Shown here: positions 1 through 7,328 of the stretch, one piece after another | Numbering within the stretch: position 1 is the first letter of the stretch | Layout: each line of letters starts with the position of its first letter | NCBI GenBank assembly: GCA_964629655.1 | Contig: CAZVQU010000002.1 | Location: forward strand, 162,814-226,813 | Reading direction: 5' to 3' | DNA: 64,000 bases | Source: an uncultured Planctomycetia bacterium | GTDB lineage: Bacteria; Omnitrophota; Gorgyraeia; Duberdicusellales; 4484-171 | Translations under genes and position numbers: made by a program | The notes under the pieces: generated by a model | The model's input: the letters and a program-made list of their open reading frames with translations, nothing else | What the model was told of the DNA's origin: nothing | Database searches by the model: none

Positions 1-1098
1 AGACCTGAAACGTTTGTTCCTTGTAATTATTTCCCAAACCTTCAAAAATAAAGCTGCCAGAACAATTGAGAACCCGAACGAAGGCAGATAAAGATATCTC
101 TCTGAGATAATATTGCACACCGGAATAAGATTTGAATAAGGTGCGTAAGTGATAAAAAACCACATTATTCCAAAAGAAACCGGCTTAAAATTACGCCGGC
201 ACTTGAAGAAAGAAACTATTGCTATCCCAATTATACTTAGAGACAGGAAGAAAGCCGGACTAAAGGCTTGAATGTTAGTAACGTTAAAAGCAAAAGGGTG
301 GACAAGCCCACGCTGAAGCGGCAAGTAAAGAATCTTTAGATAATAAACAAAAGCCTTGGCAGCTACCACTAAGTATCTAAAACCCCTGACGTAGAAAATC
401 AGATGCATGAATTCATTCTTTGATACAAAGAATAAGCTGATAAAAAGAAAAGATACGGCCGAGAGCAAAATTAATAGCATTATTCGCAGCCGGCGCAGAA
501 AAATGTCGTTCTCACTTCTCTGTCGAAAGAATATGTCATAGGAAATAAACAGGAGCGGCAAAACTGCCACTGCATTGCCGGCTAGAAAACAAAGGCTGAA
601 AGCAACTACTGAAAAAGTTAAATTAAAAATAGATCTGTCTGACTTAACATAAAATAAAAAAGAGGCGATGAAAAATAGGCTCGATAAAGCATAGGGGCCG
701 CCAGAAATCCAACTAACCGCTTCAGTATGGATTGGATGAAGAGCAAAAATAAGGCTACTTAGGAAAGATAAGGCTCGATTATTAAATAAGACGCTGCAAA
801 GAAGAAAAACAAGGATTACACACCCAATGTGAGCTAAAACATTAGCTAAGTGATAGGGATAAGGATTCTGGCCCCAAAAATTCCAGATAAAAACTTTTGG
901 TATTTCAACTAAGACTCCGGGATGTATCGAAAAATATTTCGAAAAGTACGTCCCAGCATCATGTATCCTTTTATTCCTTAATATGCCTACGGTATCATCA
1001 ATTAAAAAGTCACCTTGTAGAGAATTTGCATAGACCGCAAAAGCAATAAGACCTAGCAATACAATTAAACCCCAATCTTTTAACTTGCTAGAGTGCAT
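1..1098 (-). CDS. TMTC/PMT-like (GT-C fold) multi-pass membrane glycosyltransferase, truncated by the window edge
   Basis: Not in the ORF track. Manual translation from ATG at 1098 gives MHSSKLKDWGLIVLLGLIAFAVYANSLQGDFLIDD..., later IFALHPIHTEAVSWISG and ISERYLYLPS, motifs typical of TMTC-like proteins. The frame was spot-checked rather than read codon by codon. Confidence 0.75.
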   Translation of the reverse strand, partial: MHSSKLKDWGLIVLLGLIAFAVYANSLQGDFLIDDTVGILRNKRIHDAGTYFSKYFSIHPGVLVEIPKVFIWNFWGQNPYPYHLANVLAHIGCVILVFLLCSVLFNNRALSFLSSLIFALHPIHTEAVSWISGGPYALSSLFFIASFLFYVKSDRSIFNLTFSVVAFSLCFLAGNAVAVLPLLFISYDIFFRQRSENDIFLRRLRIMLLILLSAVSFLFISLFFVSKNEFMHLIFYVRGFRYLVVAAKAFVYYLKILYLPLQRGLVHPFAFNVTNIQAFSPAFFLSLSIIGIAIVSFFKCRRNFKPVSFGIMWFFITYAPYSNLIPVCNIISERYLYLPSFGFSIVLAALFLKVWEIITRNKRFRS

Positions 1099-1129
1099 GG
1101 GCTGTTCCTAAAGAATAAAGATACGTTTT

Positions 1130-1185
1130 AATAAAAAACAAGGCTGACTCCTCATCCGTTAAAATCAACAATGAAAAGTCAGCCA
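1130..1185 (-). terminator. Probable intrinsic terminator downstream of the pilin gene
   Basis: Inverted repeat GGCTGACT...AGTCAGCC followed on the minus strand by TTGTTTTTT. Confidence 0.55.
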
Positions 1186-1231
1186 TTATTTGTATCGTAA
1201 AAAAATAATTAATTTAGTTAAACACTCAGTT

Positions 1232-1627
1232 TTAGAATCCTGAACCCTGAGTCTCGGTAGCTGAGCTCCAAATCCTGCCAGTATTTGCATCATAAATCCA
1301 TCCAGCAGCTGAATTTGCTGTCTCAGATGCTCCAGCTACAAAGCTAGCTGAGTTCGTGTAAGGGTTTTCGGGGACTTGTCCGTTAGACATAACGCCGTTA
1401 GTTGCTTGACTCATTTCAGCTAGCGTAGGCCAAGCAGCTGCACCTGAAGCAGCTGTTTTAGCATACCAAATTGAAATACCGCTACGCAACCCTCCCAGGC
1501 CTCCTTTAAGTGCTGATTCTTTAGCTTCATCTTGTAAATTGAAAAATGTAGGTGTAGCGACCGCCGCTAGAATTCCTAAAATGACCATTACCATAACTAA
1601 TTCAATCAGTGTAAAACCTTTTCTCAC
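1232..1627 (-). CDS. Type IV pilin (MshA/PilA-like)
   Basis: Class III signal peptide KG|FTLIEL with E5 and a hydrophobic helix; directly downstream of pilB-pilC. Confidence 0.9.
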   Translation of the reverse strand: MRKGFTLIELVMVMVILGILAAVATPTFFNLQDEAKESALKGGLGGLRSGISIWYAKTAASGAAAWPTLAEMSQATNGVMSNGQVPENPYTNSASFVAGASETANSAAGWIYDANTGRIWSSATETQGSGF

Positions 1628-1672
1628 TAGACACCTCCTTGTTGTAACATAGATAGCACTTCTTTCATCTAC

Positions 1673-2887
1673 CTAGTTCGGTTTAAATACTCTTATTAAA
1701 TTCCACATCGGCATAAATATTCCCAAAGCCATAATTAAAACCATGACCGCTAAAATGAAAATAAGTATTGGCTCAATATAAGTAGTTAGGTTATTGATCA
1801 TATAGGCTGCTTCACGATCATAATAATCAGCAGCACTTAAAAGTAACTCGTCAGTCTTTCCTGATTGTTCACCAATGGCAACCATTTGAGTTACCACCGG
1901 GGGAAATAAATTGGAAATCTTCATTGGCTCGGATATGCCCTTGCCTTGGCTAACACTCTCTCGGATATTTTGGATTGCTCGAACAATTATACTATTTCCC
2001 GACGAAATAGCAACTAAATCCAGGACTTTTAAAATAGGCACTCCGCTCTTCATTAATATGGCGGTAACTCTAGCAAAGCGCGACATTACTAACATTGATA
2101 CAAGTGGACCAAAGACAGGAACGCTTAATTTAAAGTTATCCCAGAGTGTTCTTCCGGTTTTAGACTTGATGAAATATCTAAAAGCAATGATTAACCCTCC
2201 TAAGACCAGAATAAATAAATACCAGAATTCTTTTATGACTACATTTGTACTAATTAAGATACGTGTGGGAAGCGGTAAAGCTGCATTGAATTTACCATAT
2301 AGACTGGCAAAACGGGGAATCACAAAGGTAATGACAACTAAAAAGCCTAAACATAAAACCCCTAAAGCAATCATCGGGTAGCGGGTAGCCGATTTTATTC
2401 TCATCCGGGTTTCGATCTCGCGGTCAATTAGCTCTGAAAGCCTTTCTAGGACCTCGACCATTCTACCGCTAGCCTCAGCTGCTTTTACCATCCCGACATA
2501 AATATTGTTAAAAGTACTTCCATGTTTTTCTAAACCTTGAGAAAAACTTGAACCTCCTCTGATGTCACGCACGATTTCTTCTATAGTTATTTTAAAATAT
2601 TGATCTTTGGTTTGAATGGCAATTGCCTCAAGACTAGCAAGCAAGGGTACTCCGGCTTTCTGCAAAGAATAAAGCTGACGGGTAAAAGCATTTATCTCGC
2701 CAGGTTTTACGCGCTTAAATCTTTTTAGAATACCACTAGTCTTTATCTCAGCTGTCTTAGCTATAGAGACCAGAACATACCCCATCTCCTTAAGCTTCTT
2801 AGCAGCATCCCCCTTGGCTTCAGCCGAGATTACCCCAGTTACTAACCTTGCGAATTTATCCCTGGCTTTGTATTTAAAATTAGCCAT
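1673..2887 (-). CDS. pilC: Type IV pilus/T2SS inner-membrane platform protein (PilC/GspF/MshG)
   Basis: FTRQL..L.KAGVPL, AEASG, YP, GEQSG, IEP motifs; three TM segments. Confidence 0.93.
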   Translation of the reverse strand: MANFKYKARDKFARLVTGVISAEAKGDAAKKLKEMGYVLVSIAKTAEIKTSGILKRFKRVKPGEINAFTRQLYSLQKAGVPLLASLEAIAIQTKDQYFKITIEEIVRDIRGGSSFSQGLEKHGSTFNNIYVGMVKAAEASGRMVEVLERLSELIDREIETRMRIKSATRYPMIALGVLCLGFLVVITFVIPRFASLYGKFNAALPLPTRILISTNVVIKEFWYLFILVLGGLIIAFRYFIKSKTGRTLWDNFKLSVPVFGPLVSMLVMSRFARVTAILMKSGVPILKVLDLVAISSGNSIIVRAIQNIRESVSQGKGISEPMKISNLFPPVVTQMVAIGEQSGKTDELLLSAADYYDREAAYMINNLTTYIEPILIFILAVMVLIMALGIFMPMWNLIRVFKPN

Positions 2888-2893
2888 ATTCTG

Positions 2894-4567
2894 CTATATC
2901 TCTTCAGTCACCCTTAAAACTTCAGCTAGAGTAGTTATTCCCTTTAGGACTTTCTCCATTCCGTCATCATACAAAATTCGCATACCCAATTCTATCGCTT
3001 TTTTCTTGATCTCGTTGGCTGATGCCTTGGCTGCAACCATATTTCTGATTTCATCATTTACTACCAATAACGCATAAATTCCTATCCGGCCAAGAAATCC
3101 TGTATTTTTACATGCTCGACACCCCTTACCCTGATAAAATTTTGCATTCAAGCTCAAGTTTAAATCTTTACGCACTTCATCTGAAGGTATATGTTCTTCC
3201 TTACACTTAGGGCAAATTACCCTTACCAAGCGTTGAGCCAATATAGCGATAATTGACCCTGAAACCAAAAAAGGTTCAATGTCCATGTCTAATAGACGAG
3301 TTAAAGCGCTAGGAGCATCATTGGTGTGAAGAGTTGAAAAAACCAAATGTCCGGTTAACGAAGCTTGAATTGCTATTTCAGCAGTTTCTTTATCGCGAAT
3401 TTCACCGACCATTATAATATCCGGGTCTTGCCTTAAAATGTTTCTTAAACCATTGGCAAAGGTTAAACCAGCCTTAGGGTTGACCTGAGTCTGACGAATT
3501 AAGGGCAATTCATATTCTACCGGGTCTTCAATAGTAATTATATTCTTCTCCATGGAGTTTATAGTGGCTAGAGCTGAATAAAGGGTAGTGGTTTTCCCTG
3601 AACCAGTAGGACCGGTAACAAGAATTATCCCGTTGGGGTGCCTAATCATCTTACCAAAGATTTCCAAGACTTTATCAGAAAGCCCTAGCTCAGCTAATCC
3701 CAGAAGCACTGAAGTCTTATCAAGAATTCTAATAACGATATTCTCGCCATGAATAGTAGGAAAAGAAGAAATTCTTAAATCTAGGCTCTTATTCTCTACT
3801 TTAAGCTGCATTCTCCCGTCTTGAGGCTTACGGGTTTCAGCAATATCCATGTCTGAGACTACTTTAATTCGTGAAGCTAGAGCACTCTGCAGATGCTTAG
3901 GAAACTCCTGGATCTCATGCAAGATCCCATCAATGCGATAACGGACAAGAACCTTCTTTTGATCGGGCTCAATATGGATATCACTGGCTCCATCTTTAAC
4001 TGCCTGCATTATAATTAGATTAACTAACTTAATTACCGGAGCATCAGCAGCGATTTCAATTAACCCTTTAGGTTTCTTTTTTCCCTTCTCAGCTGCCTCT
4101 TTTGTCAACCCTTCAACCAGACTATCAACACTTCCTAAAGTACCATAATATTGATCGATAACCTTCTGTATCATATCAGGAGTTGAGAGAACTGGATCAA
4201 CTGCCTCAGCACCACTTTTCTTCCTGAGATCATCAATTGCGGTAATGTCTTGGGGATCTACCATGGCCACAGTTAAGGTATTCCCTATTTTAAACAAAGG
4301 TACAGCTTTATGTTTTTTAGCCACATTTTCAGGAACTAACTTTACCACTTCGGAATCAATTAAATAGTCATTTAAATCTATAAAAGGAATGCCTAAAGAA
4401 CCAGCCACAACCCTGACGATGTCAATCTCAGAAACAAATCCTAACTTCTCTAAGGCTTTCTCTGTAGGCATACCGGTTTTATGAACCTCTTCCTTAGCCT
4501 TATCAAGCTGCTCCTTAGTAATTATTCCTTTCTCAACTAATAACTCGATGTTTAGTTTTCTAGCCAT
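2894..4567 (-). CDS. pilB: Type IV pilus assembly ATPase (PilB/GspE/MshE family)
   Basis: ASDIHIEP, Walker A GPTGSGKTTT, TIEDPVE, LRQDPDIIMVGEIRD, GHLVFSTLHTN and CxxC...CxxC zinc motif. Confidence 0.95.
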   Translation of the reverse strand: MARKLNIELLVEKGIITKEQLDKAKEEVHKTGMPTEKALEKLGFVSEIDIVRVVAGSLGIPFIDLNDYLIDSEVVKLVPENVAKKHKAVPLFKIGNTLTVAMVDPQDITAIDDLRKKSGAEAVDPVLSTPDMIQKVIDQYYGTLGSVDSLVEGLTKEAAEKGKKKPKGLIEIAADAPVIKLVNLIIMQAVKDGASDIHIEPDQKKVLVRYRIDGILHEIQEFPKHLQSALASRIKVVSDMDIAETRKPQDGRMQLKVENKSLDLRISSFPTIHGENIVIRILDKTSVLLGLAELGLSDKVLEIFGKMIRHPNGIILVTGPTGSGKTTTLYSALATINSMEKNIITIEDPVEYELPLIRQTQVNPKAGLTFANGLRNILRQDPDIIMVGEIRDKETAEIAIQASLTGHLVFSTLHTNDAPSALTRLLDMDIEPFLVSGSIIAILAQRLVRVICPKCKEEHIPSDEVRKDLNLSLNAKFYQGKGCRACKNTGFLGRIGIYALLVVNDEIRNMVAAKASANEIKKKAIELGMRILYDDGMEKVLKGITTLAEVLRVTEEI

Positions 4568-4637
4568 CTTCTACCTATCTCCTCAATTTCTTATTTTACT
4601 TCCTCTCTGCTAAAACCTCAACCGCTAAGAATTGTAA

Positions 4638-5759
4638 TTACGTGACTTCCGAGCTAGGTCTTGCCAAAAAGTACCCCTGTCCGGCATCAATACCGTAATC
4701 AACCAAGACCTTTAACTCCTCTTCTTTTTCAATCCCCTCGGCAATAGAAATTATGTTACTCTGCCTACAAAAACTAATTATCGCCTTAAGGAGGTTTTGC
4801 TTAACTGGATTGTCTTGGATGTCCTGAATAAGATGTCTGTCAATTTTTATAAAATCAGGCTTAATCTCAACTATTAGATCTAAAGCAGCATATCCGCTTC
4901 CAATATCATCAATAGAAGTTTTAAATCCCTTTTCCTTAAAAAATTTCAAAGTCTTTAGGAAACCAGCGAAATTATTAATTGCTGTACGTTCAGTCAGCTC
5001 TAAAACGATATTCTCAGCTTGAGCATAGCTTTCGTAAAATGAACTAAACTCTTTGAATTTTTCATCTTGAATAAGATAAGGGCTGACATTAAAAAAGGTT
5101 AAACTTTCCTTGGCCTTATCTCCTAACTTAGTTAGAGCCTTTTTATGACACATTATCTCTAAGTCAAAAAGCATACCTAGGTGGAAAGCAGTATCAAATA
5201 AAACTTCCGGGTTTGGGAAATAACTTCCCGGTAACGGCCGACTCAAGACTTCTCTACCTAAAAGACCTTGAGGGCTTAAGTAAAATATGGGTTGAAAATA
5301 AGGATTAACCAGCTCACCATTGATAATCCCCTTAACTTCATTGATTGCCTTAGCTTTATCTTTTACTCTCTCCTCAAATGGCTGATTACGCCGCAGGACT
5401 GCCTCTAGCCGTGCAAACAACTCTTCAATATCAAAAGGCTTAGTAACATAATCATCGGCACCAGTATGTAAGCCCTCAACCTTATCTTGAGAAGCATCTT
5501 TACCGGTAAGCATAACAATAGGAATTCGACTCGTTACCTTATCTGAGCGTAGCCGCCGGCAAACCTCGTAACCACTCACATCAGGCAACACCAGGTCTAG
5601 GAGAATAAGGTCGGGTGCATCTTTGACCCTTTCAAAAGCCTCTTCGGCAGTAGAAGCTACATTAACTATATAATCACGGGAATGAAGACGCATGCTAAAG
5701 ATATCTACAAAGTCACGATCGTCATCAACTAGAAGGATTCGTTTCTTTACTGTAACCAC
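4638..5759 (-). CDS. REC-EAL response regulator (c-di-GMP phosphodiesterase)
   Basis: N-terminal receiver (LLVDDD, LLDLVLP, KPF); EAL motifs EVLSR, FFNVSP, LELTE, IDDIGSGY, IKID, AEGIE, QGYFLARP. Confidence 0.9.
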   Translation of the reverse strand: MVTVKKRILLVDDDRDFVDIFSMRLHSRDYIVNVASTAEEAFERVKDAPDLILLDLVLPDVSGYEVCRRLRSDKVTSRIPIVMLTGKDASQDKVEGLHTGADDYVTKPFDIEELFARLEAVLRRNQPFEERVKDKAKAINEVKGIINGELVNPYFQPIFYLSPQGLLGREVLSRPLPGSYFPNPEVLFDTAFHLGMLFDLEIMCHKKALTKLGDKAKESLTFFNVSPYLIQDEKFKEFSSFYESYAQAENIVLELTERTAINNFAGFLKTLKFFKEKGFKTSIDDIGSGYAALDLIVEIKPDFIKIDRHLIQDIQDNPVKQNLLKAIISFCRQSNIISIAEGIEKEEELKVLVDYGIDAGQGYFLARPSSEVT

Positions 5760-5769
5760 ATTAACCTCT

Positions 5770-6141
5770 TTATTGTTCTCCTAAAAGTTCCTTAATTTTT
5801 GAAAGTAATACCTGAGGCTCAAAAGGCTTTGTTATATAGGCATCTGCTCCTACCTGAGCACCCATCTCCTTATCTGAAGCTTGAGCCCGAGCAGTAAAGA
5901 GAATTATCGGAATGCTCTTATACTTCTCATCAAACTTAAGCATCCGGCAGACCTTATACCCGTCTAATTTGGGTAGCATTAAATCCAGCACTATCAAATC
6001 GGGGTTCTCAGCCCTTGCCTTATCTACAGCTTCCTGCCCATCGTAAGCAGATAAAACTTTATATCCACTAGCTTCAAGCCGCATCTTTAGCATCTCAACT
6101 AATTGAACCTCATCGTCAACCACTAAAATTCTTTTTGCCAT
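5770..6141 (-). CDS. Single-domain response regulator (REC)
   Basis: ILVVDDE, LDLMLP (phospho-Asp), FTA, KPF. Confidence 0.92.
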   Translation of the reverse strand: MAKRILVVDDEVQLVEMLKMRLEASGYKVLSAYDGQEAVDKARAENPDLIVLDLMLPKLDGYKVCRMLKFDEKYKSIPIILFTARAQASDKEMGAQVGADAYITKPFEPQVLLSKIKELLGEQ

Positions 6142-6165
6142 TATAGTATTTTCCTCCGGTACAGG

Positions 6166-6528
6166 CTAAACGTATCTTTTAATAAAATCTAATAACTCTT
6201 TTGTGTCAAATGGTTTGATGAAATAATCTGTTGAGCCTAAATCGTGTGTCTTAAACATAGTCTCTGTATCTCCTTTTGCCGTAAGCATCACTACCGGTGT
6301 ATGCTGAGTTTCTAAATCAGCTCTTAACCTGCGTAATACCTCAAATCCATCCATCTTTGGCATCATGATATCTAAAACAATCAGATCAGGCTTAAGGTCT
6401 TTGGCTTTCCCTAAGGCCTCTTCACCATCAGAGGCAGTACTGACTTCATAGCCTTCAGCTTCCAACCGCATCTTTAGCATCTCAACTAATTGGACTTCAT
6501 CGTCAACCACTAAAATTCTTCTTGCCAT
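6166..6528 (-). CDS. Single-domain response regulator (REC)
   Basis: ILVVDDE, LDIMMP, LTA, KPF. Confidence 0.92.
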   Translation of the reverse strand: MARRILVVDDEVQLVEMLKMRLEAEGYEVSTASDGEEALGKAKDLKPDLIVLDIMMPKMDGFEVLRRLRADLETQHTPVVMLTAKGDTETMFKTHDLGSTDYFIKPFDTKELLDFIKRYV

Positions 6529-6545
6529 AACTACTCCTCACTTAA

Positions 6546-6917
6546 TTATTTCTTCAAAACCTTATCGACCATTAGCAATAACTTATCAGCCTCAAAAGGT
6601 TTAGCAATAAAAAGATTATCACCTATTTCTTCACTACCTTGGTTCTCGGTCATCCCATCAGCTAAGCAAGTTAAAAAGATAATTGGGATTTTAGAAAATT
6701 GATCGTCTTCCTTTAAAGCCGCACCTACCTCATTGCCAGCCATCTTTGGCATTACGATATCCAAGATGATCAAATCAGGCTTAAGGTCTTTAGCTTTCTG
6801 TAACCCCTCTTCACCATCAAAGGCAGTAATGACTTCGTAACCGTTGGCTTGAAGGCGCATCTTTAGCATAGTTACTAATTGAGGTTCGTCGTCAACTACT
6901 AAAACTCTTTTGGCCAT
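6546..6917 (-). CDS. Single-domain response regulator (REC)
   Basis: VLVVDDE, LDIVMP, LTC, KPF. Confidence 0.92.
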   Translation of the reverse strand: MAKRVLVVDDEPQLVTMLKMRLQANGYEVITAFDGEEGLQKAKDLKPDLIILDIVMPKMAGNEVGAALKEDDQFSKIPIIFLTCLADGMTENQGSEEIGDNLFIAKPFEADKLLLMVDKVLKK

Positions 6918-6942
6918 TTCACTCTCCTTATGATTTATTATA

Positions 6943-7314
6943 CTATACCTTTAAGCACTCGCTAATCTTATTTAGAAGGTCATCAGCGTCAAAAGGCTTC
7001 ACAACTAGATCATCAGCCCCGGCTTCCCTACACTTCTCGACTAAATCTTTATTGCCAGAAGCAGTAACCATGATTATTGGAATATCCTTTGCTTGGGCAT
7101 CGCTTTTAAGCTGACGGCAAAGTGACCAACCGTCAAGTTTGGGCATTACTATATCAAGAAGTATGAGGTCAGGTTTGCCCTCCTGAACCTTCTCTAATCC
7201 TTCCTCACCATCAGAAGCAGAAATCATCTCATAGCCGCTAGCCTGAAGTCGCATCCTCATCATGGTAACGAGTTCTTCCTCATCTTCAATAAGTAATATT
7301 TTCTTCTTACCCAT
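6943..7314 (-). CDS. Single-domain response regulator (REC)
   Basis: ILLIEDE, LDIVMP, VTA, KPF. Confidence 0.92.
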   Translation of the reverse strand: MGKKKILLIEDEEELVTMMRMRLQASGYEMISASDGEEGLEKVQEGKPDLILLDIVMPKLDGWSLCRQLKSDAQAKDIPIIMVTASGNKDLVEKCREAGADDLVVKPFDADDLLNKISECLKV

Positions 7315-7328
7315 GACTCCTCCTAACG

